Source of the DNA: Macrostomum lignano
Taxonomy: Eukaryota
Length of the DNA stretch: 64,000 nt
Reading direction: 5' to 3'
Assembly (NCBI GenBank): GCA_002269645.1
Contig: NIVC01000202.1
Coordinates: 434,001 to 498,000 of the forward strand
The notes under the pieces: generated by a model
The model's database searches: none
What the model was told of the DNA's origin: nothing
The model's input: the letters and a program-made list of their open reading frames with translations, nothing else
In this document: positions 39,026 through 50,437 of the stretch, piece by piece
Layout of the letters: each line of letters opens with the position of its first letter
How positions within the stretch are numbered: position 1 is the first letter of the stretch
Translations under genes and position numbers: made by a program

Positions 39026-39299
39026 CTAAAATCCCTTAGAGTCTCCCGGGATTCGCGTCAGGGTTTCTTCTACCGACACTGCTGCGATGCAGCGCAATGA
39101 CGTTGGCCGGCGTGCGAAAATGGTCCAGCCGCGCTTGCTGCACAACGTAATGCACCATCTACAGATGCACGTCATTCATCAGTCATATACCTGTCATTTG
39201 CAGTCACGGTTTATTTATTTACATGTCGTACTGTACGTACACTTTCTTATCTGGGCCCCTCTGCTGCTTGCATCTGGTTATAAATTTTTGTCTGCTCTG

Positions 39300-39480
39300 G
39301 CCCGTACAAGATTGCCACCGACACCGCGCGACTTCGCGGCTCTTGCTCGCGAGTTGATACGGGCCACATTCAGGCAAGACGAATTACTAGTCACTACTCC
39401 GCACGGGCGTACATCAACGGCTGGTACATGTACATGTAGGCCCCGACTGCCCATGTCAGCTGTGCAACGTCAACTGACGG
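39300..39480 (+). pseudogene. BEN-domain-like fragment, probably transposon-derived
   Basis: ARELIRATFRQDELLVTTPHGRTSTAG...RPRLP resembles the BEN consensus (ARxLxxxLFxxEEL...G...KPxL). Judged by eye only. Confidence 0.4.
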
Positions 39481-39505
39481 CCGTAGTCGATTCTGAGAAA
39501 GACAG

Positions 39506-39546
39506 GCCAGAAGCAGCAGCTATCGGACAGACATCTTCAATGCAGA
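39506..39546 (-). pseudogene. Truncated exon-1 relic of the small-protein family
   Basis: The minus strand reads ctgcattgaagATGTCTGTCCGATAGCTGCTGCTTCTG (W5->stop). Confidence 0.7.
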
Positions 39547-40379
39547 GGGGTAGGTACATTAACATTGAGGCTGACCGAGGCCTCATTATACATTTGATTG
39601 AGTTCTAATTTAGGTAAAAACGCTTCAAAAGAAGTTTATCTACGAGTTACTAGCGTCCACTGGCCGGAGGAAGGAACCGGAAAAGCGGCGGGGTGCAAAC
39701 AGTACGAAAGCAACCTACTTTTTGTTCAACCCCTTCTTTTTTGTTTGCTTTTGTTTAGTTATGGTTGTTTTTCCACCCTATTGTTTTTCGTAACTTTTAC
39801 CGTTTTTATTCTGCATTTTTTTTTCAATCGAGATTACGTATTATTTCTATATAGATAAGAACACATCTAAACATTGCTATACTTATTATAAGTTATAGCG
39901 CAGTTACTGCACAACCATGCTAATAAACATATTTCTGTGCCAAACAAAACAAGTGGCACAGTTGTGACACTGCCGACTGAGATGATTTTTGTTACTAATC
40001 GACAATTATGTAATAAACAAAAACTAGGTTTGCCAGTTTACAACAAAATCATATTAGCCAGTGACAATATGATAAACATTCGATATATAGTCTATTGACA
40101 GTCTTTAGTTTTCTCACGCGGTATACCACCTAACGTTAGTTTGATTGATTTAAGTTGAAAGTAGAATTCTCGAACTTGAAATTTCCATACAGTGAGTTTG
40201 CACTCAGGGAACACCCGACTGCAATTGAGTAGTTGGTAGCTGATTTCATGATTGAGCCATCATTTCTGGACAACAGATCTAGTCGAGTAGTTGGTATCAG
40301 ATCTCTCGGTAAAGTCTTCAATCGATACAACAGAGCTGGTTGATGCGGAAAAGTTTTTTTCCAGACTGGCCTGGATCAG

Positions 40380-41650
40380 ACAGTCAACGACTAATGGTGT
40401 TTGATAGATCTACCTTCTTTGAGAACTTCATTCTCTTGTTGTAGAGGTCCACACTCTCGTCCTTTTGTGATCCGTTACGACTTGAATGTCTGACCTATTT
40501 ACTAACTTCATCTTCGATGATAAGGTTTGAGACTACCGTTGTTCCAATGCAATGATTTGTGTTGGAACGGCAACTTAGACCAGCCTGATCGCACAGTTTT
40601 TTCATAAACTCGTTTTCATAAACTCTTGCCGAGCACCAGGGTCTTGTGGTACCACATAAGTCTTTATCGGCTCGAATCCAGGGACAGACTACATCTGCTG
40701 GAATCACCGACAGATACAAGTCAATCGCGCGTACAGGACAAGAGCCTGGATCATGCGGTGTCCCGGCTAGGATAACGCTCTTAGACGTCGACGGATTACT
40801 AAAAAACACATTTCGATAAGTGTCTTCAGCAGGTCAACATAGCGAACACCGCAACACTCGTATATTTTCAAATCGGCCGTATTCAACTCTCCGCGAAAAC
40901 CAAAGCCATAAACAATCTTGAACAGAACTTCAAATTACAATCGGATCAGCGTCAAACGATCGAAATAGAGACCTGGGCGATTGAAGTCTTCGTCGTCATT
41001 TGGACAGTACTTCGGACCGCTGCTTACATCCTTCTTTTGCTAAAGCGATTTGACCAACATAGCCTTGTACGTTCGATCAAACGATAAGAACGCATCGTTG
41101 CCAATCACATTCGAAAACAAGTCAGCTTACTTACAGCATACGGCTTTCCGTTAGCTTTTTTTAATTGTTTTAATTAACCGAAGAACAGACGTAGATAGGA
41201 GTTGAGTTACCTGACCGGCATTTTCTCAATGTGATCAGATAAATTCTCCTCGTGTAGAAACTGTTTTTAGTTTGCGAATATGCAATTCAGTTTTGTTTAG
41301 GCGTCGATTTCAGTTTACTTTCTTGCTCCACTTGATGTAAGCCAGCATCCTCTTCTTCAGTCAAATCACGGACAGGCTTCCCACGTCATCTTCCGGCGTA
41401 GGGTTGAGTAGCTCCTCATCGACTAGCTTCTCTTGCTCATCCGTCAGCCCTGTCTATTGACCCATTCTGTCGGCATGGTCCCTAGGATCGAGATTTGCAA
41501 TGAAATCGAGCTCATCTGAACTCAATCCACCAATTTCGTCTTCACGTATTGAAGAATATCGCAGCATACAGTAGTATTCGACAAACAGAAAGGAAATATA
41601 GACTTTCTGTTTTTTTTCAACGGCATGTCAACGAGCGTATTAGGTGATAT
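40380..41650 (-). mobile_element. Decayed tyrosine-recombinase (Crypton/DUF3504-like) element
   Basis: CPVRAIDLYLS, MKKLCDQAGL...TNHCIGTTVVSNL (compare TNHSLRAT), then IQVVTDHKRTESVDLY (compare TGHKSxxSLxxY) in another frame. Confidence 0.6.
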
Positions 41651-42172
41651 TAGCGGCCTTAACTCTGACGAATTAGATTTTATTGCCGCTAAAGTTCTAT
41701 GTTGGTAATGTATGCTTTTGCCGGCTTTACTTTAAAAAATATACAAGTTGTAAAAACATTAACTAAATACTAATATGCATACGAGTTTTTTTATTTATTG
41801 AAGTCGGCCATAGACAATTGCAGCGGGCGGGCAGCCGTCATGGATGAATAAAACCATGGATGTCAAGGTCATAGATGTCATGGATGACAATTTTGCCCCG
41901 CGAAGCCCCCGTTCGCATCGATTGGCTACTTAGTTGGCTACTTACCTTAGTTGTCTATGGTAAAAACGTTGTAAGCTGTAGTGCTTGTGCATGGAAAGTT
42001 CCTATGTAACAATTTTACAGGTAACTGAAATGTATCCCCCACTTGCCCCGGGCGAACGTCTATGGTCTCAGTGTAAATTTCATTTATTTGCATCGGTGCA
42101 GATAAACGGTTTATTTCACTCGCCCAAAGACAATATTAAAAAGCTGTTTCTAACTGCTCACTTGGCTACATA

Positions 42173-42365
42173 GGGCCGTATGCAGAAATCTCTGTCTAGG
42201 GTAGTCCGGTCTTGAAAAGCTAGTCTGGACTTGGATTTGGTATGCAGAAACGCAAAGTTAGACCAGTCTACTATAGACAGAACAGGGTAGCTGGACCATA
42301 GACCATAGACTGAACTACCCAAGTCCGGACTAGCTAGTCTGGACTAGGCTTTCTGCATACGGCCC
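42173..42365. mobile_element. 193-bp MITE, PIF/Harbinger-like
   Basis: Perfect 16-bp TIR GGGCCGTATGCAGAAA/TTTCTGCATACGGCCC with 3-bp ATA flanks. Confidence 0.8.
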
Positions 42366-42869
42366 ATAGAGAGAATTGTCTGAAACATTCACCGCATGTC
42401 TGAATCTGCAGAAAATGGTATAGAAATTCTGCTATAAACCATAGACATCAAATCATTTTAAAAAAATTGTCTTAACGTTCTTAAATGTGGGGCTCTGCCC
42501 CCACATCCTCGCAAAGGGGCTAAGCGCCCCCTTGACCCCGCTTTCCCTGTTACGCTGCTTCTACTTTTAAGTGGTGGAAACATTACATATTCCCTGTTAA
42601 TAGCAAATGGGGAATATATACCATGTATCTTCGCAATAAATAAATAGGTAATGTATAATAACTACTGAAACGAGGAGAATGTCTATGCAGAATCTCCGAG
42701 GTGAAGGAGATTTGCCATAGACATTCTCCGAGTTTCAGTTGGTTATTGAAATGTATCCCACGAATGCAAGGAGCGGAGAATATTGACTAGATTCGCGGAG
42801 ATTATGAGTATTCTCCGCTCCCTGTATTCGCGGGACACGTTTTGTCTATGGTTGACTTACGCTCAGATC

Positions 42870-43250
42870 CGCTCTCTCGCCTTTCAGTTTCTCAACCTCG
42901 CACGTGACAGCTTGCTACCTCAGACGGGCAGCATAGCTGGTGACAGTCTCACCTTCGGTTTGGCGCATAGACATAAAGGAGGTCCGTTCGGCGATCAGCA
43001 GCTTCTTCTTGGGCTCCATGAACAGCGGCAGACTTGCCTCGATAGCAGACCATTTGAGCTCGGACACGGTCTTTGGAGCCGCCAGTTGCTTAACTTTCAT
43101 GAGCTCAGTTACGAGCGCTCCGAGGCAACCCAGAAAGGCCTTTGATACTCATCCAAAACCAGTGCCAAAACCTGCTTTAATGCAGCCAGATACAGATGCC
43201 GACACAGATCAACATCGGCGGTCACAATCGATCAAGTCTTCCAGATTCTC
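42870..43250 (-). mobile_element. Gypsy gag fragment
   Basis: LFMEPKKKLLIAERTSFMSMRQTEGETVTSYAARLR matches the retrotransposon-gag Q-x2-GE-x3-Y-x2-RL motif. Confidence 0.7.
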
Positions 43251-43543
43251 CAACTAAATACTCGAATTTGGAAAGACCAACTGATCAATACTATATAAGA
43301 AGTACAGCCACCACTCACAGAGAAAAATCAAAACACAAACCCAACAGTCTACGATAATTTTAGTTTCAGACTTCTGTCTATGGTGTATGGTGTGTACGAG
43401 CCCCAGGATTTGGGATTTTGGCGTCAGTTTTAATAGCTACATTGGCGCTCCATGTTAGCCCGGTACTCTTTGGTCCGTCAATCGAATTCGACATCTCAAG
43501 CTTTCGAGTAGAAAGCGCTTCTGCTGCTGTTTCTGCATAGAAG

Positions 43544-45769
43544 ATGTCTGTCCGATGGCTGCTGCTTCTGAGCTGTCTTGCTGCAACACTGCTATGCGGC
43601 GAGGGGTGTTCGTCTTCCAAGAAAAGTAAGTCAGGTTGACTGAACTCGGATTTGCTGCCTGTCTACTCAACTCCAGTCAAATACCCGTCGTGCTGAGGCC
43701 CGCTTCAACTCCCCAAAATTTCCTACTTTCCGCCTGACCCGAGTCCAAATCCCCTTGTAGGACTTCTTGAAATTTAGGCAGATAAAATAGCTGTAGTTTT
43801 GATAGTATCATAACTTCGTCTCTACAGGGGTTTTTGATGGTGCTGATTTCAAATTTGAGCTTTATTTTTTCGTAGCTTACGTACCTAAAGTTCAAGAAGT
43901 CCTCCTTGTATTCATATCCCTTGCTCCTTTTATTTAAAGCTTATTTTAAGCTTTATTTAAAATTATCCCTTGCTCCTTTTATTCCCTTACTCCCTTATCC
44001 TTTTATTTATCCGATTCTCAAGCCCTCTCCAGCCCTCTCCAGACCTCTCCAGCCCTCATCAGCCCTCTCCAGCCATCTCCAGCCCTCATCAGCCCTCTCC
44101 AGCCCTCATCCAGCCCTCTCCAGCCCTCTCCAGCCATCTCCAGCCAGCTCCAGGCACTTTCATGCCTCACCAGCCCTCTCCAGCTCCACCAGCCCTTTTT
44201 AGTCTTATCCAGTCATTGTAAGCCATCTCCAGCCCATCTCCAGCCCCTCTCCAGCCCCTCTCCAGCCCCTCTCCATCCCTCTCTATCCCTTCTTTTGTAT
44301 CTCCAACAAGACTCGCTCCGCCAATTTCAGAGCCACCGAAACCACCACCGAGGCCAGACCCACCTGCACCTCCAGTTTTGACAGGAAACTCCGGTGAGTG
44401 AATAATTTTATGAGTTGGGATGTAAAGCATTGTTGTTGCTGTTGTTGCGGGTCTCCGTGTGCCTTGTTGTTCTGGCCGTTTTTTAGTCTCATAATTTCCA
44501 TGTTCCTGCAAGTGTTGTGTGTTCCCAGCCTTGTACGCGACTTGTACACGATGGAATTGCTCGGATGTAGCGACCGAACAGCCGCTCTGCCGGGGTGTCT
44601 GCAGGTGCTGAGCCCTTGGAAGCCCTCGGTTAAGGCGTTTTTTATTAAATCAATCACGGATACCGACATAGGGACAAATCGTTTTAGTATAGTGGACTAG
44701 CAACCTGCGCCCCCGTTAGGGGGGAAAAGAAGCAAGAAACGTTTACCAATAAACTACACATTTGTTTTGATATTGCGCAATCTACATTGTATTTTTTTAA
44801 GTCTAATGATGGCTCAAAGAAAAATGCATCCGCTCTGATAGCCCAGCAAGCTATCTGGACTAAGATATCAGATCCTCTATGAGCTTTGCCTTTCAGCAAG
44901 TCCCCCGAGCTATTCCCCCTGAAAAGCTCGAACTTTCAGCAATTCAAACCTTGACATCGTAACAATCCTCAAACCATCTTATGGTTCAAAGAGCGATTCT
45001 TTTCTGGTTCAACCCTAAACCTAGCCCTAAACTTGCTGAGAGTCAGCTCTGTCCAGCCCTCTCCAGCCCTCTCCAGCCCTCTCCAGCCCTCTCCAGCCCT
45101 CACCAGCCCTCACCAGCCCTCTCCAGCCCTCTTCAGCCCTCTCCAGCCCTCTCCAGCCACTTTTATGCTTCTCCAGCAAGACTCAACTAACATTTCAGCG
45201 AAAAACCCAACATCAATGCCGCATCCAGCTACAACTGTGGCGCCCAAAGCCGGTGAGTGAATTATTTTCTCAGTATTTTTTCTAAAAACTAAAATGGTGT
45301 GTCCGTAAAAGTAGTATGTCTCATTCCATTGTTGCATAGTCTTAATGCTTCACTGTCTCACTGACTGAGAACAGAATTGAATGGAAGACGAGATTCTACG
45401 ACTTTATTACTCGTATCTAAATAGTTTATGCGAGCAATTGAAATTTTTCTCGTGTGTTCTTTCACTCTACGCCATAGACTGTGAACCATGGACTCTGGGA
45501 CATAGACTCTGGACAGAAGAGCCATTTTCTATATGTACAGTTACTTTTCATAACTTCTAACAATACAATGCGCTCTTTTATTAATTGATCACTTACTTAA
45601 TTTCACAGGTGCAGGAATTACTAATTCAAACGACTGGAAAGACACAGCCGCGGCCAGGTTCAACTCGGCCAGCACTAGCAGGGTAGCAAACTGGCTGATC
45701 GCCGTACTGCCTCTGTTTCTGCTTTTTCAGCTACTGAAGCACCAGTCAGCTTTGGTGTGCCAGATTTAG
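43544..45769 (+). CDS. Small Pro-rich surface protein family, copy 3, with duplicated middle exon; exons 43544-43625, 44331-44393, 45199-45252, 45609-45769
   Basis: MSVRWLLLLSCLAATLLCGEGCSSSKK|KPPKPPPRPDPPAPPVLTGNS|AKNPTSMPHPATTVAPKA|GAGITNSNDWKDTAAARFNSASTSRVANWLIAVLPLFLLFQLLKHQSALVCQI*. All splices are phase 1 GT-AG. Confidence 0.82.
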
Positions 45770-46244
45770 CCAAAACAAAGCCGACAAAAGACGCACAGAA
45801 TGAGATATTGTCCACGAATTCCGTGGATGGATAAAATTGACAATATAGCATTTTTTGTAACTTAATGACAAAAATGAATTTGTTTAGTTTCACTTGTTTG
45901 TCAAAATTTGAATGATGTGATACAGAATAATCTGTGTTCTTGTTCAAGAAATCTGCAAAAGATCAATTCAGCTGTGAAATTTTAAGTTGTCAGACATTCA
46001 TTTCTGGTTTATTTTGCACTGAAATTGGCGCCAATTTAAAATATAAATTCGGCATGCAGCCGATACCGTATATTTCTTGTCCGCCTTACAAAACGATGTT
46101 TTCCTGTTGAACTTTCTTTCGAAACCATGCTGTACAGAAACTGGGTTTGGCAATTGCTGTTTGCAAAGTGATATTATTGACCAGGAAGGATTATGTAGTT
46201 ATGCTATTTAGTCTATTTGTATGCCAAGCATAAGTTTACAGTAT

Positions 46245-46436
46245 TGTAGTGTACGCCCAGTCTATGCCTTTACTCTTCTGTGATGACTAACTATGGCCCT
46301 CTCGACCAACGTGCACTGCCACTTGTCCCTCAACTATTGCGTAACATTGTAGCCGCACGTCGGCAGTGATACTATATAGTAGCTCAAATATACGGTCCAT
46401 GAGACCATGATTTTCTCAGCACACAAGCGCACTACA
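46245..46436 (+). mobile_element. 5' LTR of a Gypsy element (192 bp)
   Basis: Ends TGTAGTG...CACTACA form a perfect inverted pair. They are followed immediately by a PBS-like TTGCGTCGCGAGC and the gag frame. Confidence 0.7.
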
Positions 46437-48787
46437 ATTGCGTCGCGAGCAAGCCTACCCACACCACCCACATTGAACTTGCGCGAAGAGCCCCATGCGG
46501 CACATACGAAGTGGAGCAAGTGGCTGGCTCAGTTCCAGCTGTTCGCCGCGGCTGCTGACATCTCTGACAAGAAGCGACTTCGCCAACTCCTTCTATACAC
46601 AGCGGGCGAGGACCTGCAGGCCATTGCAGCCGGACTCGCCGACACCAGTGATGACGTCGACAAGCTCATCAAGGCTCTCAATGAGCACTTCACCAGCCAG
46701 CTCAACCTGCCCTTCACCCGCTACCAGTTCCGGCTGTGCACCCAGCAGACCGGAGAGTCCCTGGACGACTGGCTGCGGCGGCTCAACAACACCGCAGACT
46801 GCTGTAAATTCGAAGGCCTCCGGGACTCGCTGATCCGCGACCAGCTGATCGCCGGCTGCAGCTCCGAGCAGCTCCGCAGGAAGCTGCTGGCCATGGACAA
46901 CGTGGACCTGGGCCAGGCGGTCCGGGTGGCCAGGGCCATGGAGGCAGCAGAGGCGCAGGCCAGCCTCATGGAGACCAGCGCAGCGACCGTGCAGCGGCTG
47001 CGCAAGCGCGAGTCCAGCCCGCCAGAGCAGCCGCAGAGATCAGCCACGCAGGCAGCCGATCGCACGCAGCCAAAGTGCATCCGCTGCGGCAACTTCGGCC
47101 ACCGCAGCTGCAGCGCAGCGGTAGGCAAGACCTGCAACCGATGCGGCAAGCCGAATCACCTCGCCAAGGCCTGCCTGTCCCGGCCGGAGGACGTGCGAGC
47201 TCTGCGGGTCGGCAGCGACAGTTCGGACGAAGAGGACGACGTCTTCTGCCTGACCGTGATGGCCTCTGACAAAAACGCAACAGCGGCTCTTGCCACGGTG
47301 CTGGTAGAAGCGACTCCAGTGCAGGTGCTGGTTGTAGTGTGAGCATCTTTGCGTGTATTTTGTTGTAAATTGACTGCATTAGTTTCTATATTGTTATTGA
47401 ATTGTTATTTTGCTTTAGTTTAGTCATACGTTTTTGGTGTACTTTTTCCTTGTTAGTTAGAATCAATTTTGCGTAAACAGGTTAGAGTTAGACGCCGTTT
47501 GTGACTCAGCGGAGGGTTGAGTTTGTCTGCGAACCCCAGCTTTGCGCGGCCAGCCAATCAGAACCGGCCTGGACCCTGGCACGCGGCAAGTTTCAATTCT
47601 ACCCGGCGCCGCGGGCACAGTGCAATTCGGCTTAAGCAGGCGGCCGGCCAGACGACCACCACCCGGCTTGAGGGGGGTTTTGAGGGGTTGTGACTCTGAC
47701 TATATATGAAAGTGTGTTTTGGCAATCGGATCTCGCTTGCTCCCTTTCCCCGGTTTTGTCTTGTCCAGTTCCCGGCCGGTGGCCCGATTTCTCCTCTCTT
47801 GTTGGTTCGCGCTTTGAGGCGCCTGAATTTATCACCCCCGGTCCATATTTTTGTTCCCGCCCAACCGCAGTAGTCTTGTGGCGTAACGTCTACGGCAAAT
47901 TTCTGTCTGAAGTCGTCGCTATCAAGCGCGGTTAGATAGAGACTGTCGGATCTGATCAAGTACGCGGCCTCGACCCCGAGGGCCTCAGTGTTACACTGAA
48001 GGGCAGTGCCGATAGAATTTAGTCGGTACTCCGTTGAACGGTCGATTCGGCAGGGCTCTCGTTTGAGAGTAGGTTCTGGCTTAGGCCAGGGGTTAGGAGT
48101 CTTCTCCGTGGTCCTGTGTTCGGTGCCTCCTTCTTCTTCTCAGCTGAGATCCGCTTGTCAGTGCGTAATATAATCATTATTATTAATCGTTACTATTCGT
48201 TATCATCAGTCTAATTATCTGCGTCGCGAATTTGCTTGAATCCTGTAACTTGAGTATCAAATTAAATCGTCTAGCCAATTATCAGTTTGTATCATATAGG
48301 ATTATCACTCTCTAAATCTTTCGGTTCGCGTTCCCTCGTGTTCTTTATTTTCTTGTACTGTACCTGCGGCTATTGGAGAAAGACTGGTAGGACTCGCCGA
48401 CCGGCGATAGGCGATTAGGATTAATAGCTTTAAAATCTCTGACGCTCCAAGTAGGTTTGTCTAGGGCCTAAATAATTGCTTACCGTGCATGCTATTATCT
48501 AATTGCCTATTTATCACATGGTGGACAGCGGAGCCGACTGTAACATCCTCACCGAGGCAGCCTGGCGAGAGCTCCCGGGACCCCCAGGCCTGCAGCCGAC
48601 GACAAAGAAGATTTTCTCATTTCGATCAGCTAAACCTCTGCGCACTGTGGGAGCCCGCAGCCTGCAGGTTTCGGTTGGCTCAATGGTCCGGCGTGCCAGC
48701 TTCATCATCGTCCCAGGGACCGGCACCAGCGTGCTCGGCCGTGCAACCTCGACATCCCTGCATCATTATCGCGATCGCGGCCTGTAA
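46437..48787 (+). mobile_element. Gypsy/Ty3 gag-protease, interrupted by a solo LTR and 3'-truncated before RT
   Basis: WSKWLAQFQLF, QQTGESLDDWLRRL, IRDQLIAG and two zinc-knuckle-like motifs (CIRCGNFGHRSC, CNRCGKPNHLAKAC). Removing 47333-48522 restores VQVLVDSGADCNIL (aspartic protease). Confidence 0.9.
47333..48518. mobile_element. Solo LTR (1186 bp) nested in the Gypsy protease
   Basis: TGT...ACA termini, 4-bp TSD TGGT (47329-32 and 48519-22), and an internal CCAAT box. Confidence 0.85.
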
Positions 48788-49286
48788 AATTGGATCAATT
48801 TTTTGCCTTTTCGACTGCAGGAAAATAACTGCCGATCCGAATAAGTTGGCAGTTCAAGGACCCTTTGGCATTCCTAACTAAATAAAAAACTTGACTTTTG
48901 TGAATCGATTTCCTTCTCTCAGGTTCAAGAACTCCTTTAGATGATCCTTTGACTGATTAAGACTGCAGGCTCAAAGATTCTCTTAAAAAAGCTGTTACAC
49001 TTGAAAACCGTCAAACCTTGCACTGCAATAAAAGTGCACGGCTCCGCGTGCCCGTATGGCCCGTTTTGCCATAGACAATCGTCGTCCCTCTGACGCTGCT
49101 AGCGAGACAGGAATCGCTTTGTACAGAACTGTCTGTGGCCGCAGCTCAGCAGCTAAGAGGCTCGCAAACGTTTGGTCTCACCCTCGGAGCGAAGACCGAC
49201 TTTGCAGAAAACTTTTGTCGTCAGTCGAATTTGACATCTCAAGCTTTCGAGTACAAAGCGCTTCTGCTGCTTTTTCTGCATTGAAG

Positions 49287-50437
49287 ATGTCTGTCCGATG
49301 GCTGCTGCTTCTGAGCTGTCTTGCTGCAGCACTGCTCTGCAGTGAGGCGTGTTCATCTTCCAAGAAAAGTAAGTCAGGCCGACTGAACTCGGATCTGCTG
49401 CGTGTCTACTCAACTCCAGTCATATACCCGTCTTGCACAGAGCCGCTCCAACTCCCCACATCCTACTTTCCGCCTGACCCAGTCCAAATCCCAACGTACT
49501 CGTATCCCTTGCTCTCCATTTATCCGATACTCCTTCCTCCCATCTCTCCGTCTCTCCAGTCCCTTATCCAGCCCTCTCCAGCCCTCTCCAGCCCTCTCCA
49601 GCCCTCTCCAGCCCTCTCCAGCCCTCATCAGCCCTCTCCAGCCCTTTCTAGCCCTCTCCAGCCCTCTCCAGCCCACTCCAGCCCTCTCCAGCCCTTCTCC
49701 GGCCCCTTCAGCCCCTCCAGCCCTCTCCAGCCCACTCCAGTCCTCTCCAGCCCTCTCCAGCCCCTCCAGCCTCTCCAGCCCTCTCCAGCCCTCTCCAGCC
49801 AGTTTCATGTCTCTCCAGCAAGACACGCAACTCAAATTTCAGGCAAACCGAAACCCGCACCGCCTCCGCCTCCGCCTCCGCCTACTGTACCTCCGGGCTC
49901 CAACGCCAGTAAGTGAATTATTTTGTCAGTAATTTTTCGAAAAAGCCTTGCAATGGAAGTGTGTCTCATTCCACCGTCGCACAGTCTCACTCTGTCTCCC
50001 ATCGTCGCACTGTCTAAGTCCCTTCTGACTGCGTCTCTCTTCCCCGCTATCTTAATCAGTCTCGTAGTCTCACTGTCTCACACTGTATCACTATATCACT
50101 CTCTGGCTCTTTTACCGTCTTACTCAATTACTCACCCACCGTCTCACTGTCTCACCACGTCACTGTCTGCCTTCACCCCACTGGATGCACTTTACTATAT
50201 CTCAGCTACGTAGCGCTTCAACCTAAATCGAATTCGAGTACAATACGCCCTTTTAATCTTCCTAATTTCACTCCAGCGCTACCACCACAGCAGCCGCCCA
50301 TAGGCCCCAAACGACCCGACGCCGAGACCAAGGACGCCAGCAATAACAGGGTCGCAAACTGGCTGATCGCTGTACTGCCTCTGTTTCTGCTTTTTCAGCT
50401 ACTGAAGCAGCAGTCAGCTATGATGTGCCAGATTTAG
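49287..50437 (+). CDS. Small Pro-rich surface protein family, copy 4 (102 aa); exons 49287-49368, 49843-49908, 50277-50437
   Basis: MSVRWLLLLSCLAAALLCSEACSSSKK|SKPKPAPPPPPPPPTVPPGSNA|TLPPQQPPIGPKRPDAETKDASNNRVANWLIAVLPLFLLFQLLKQQSAMMCQI*. It is an inverted near-duplicate of copy 2. Confidence 0.87.
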
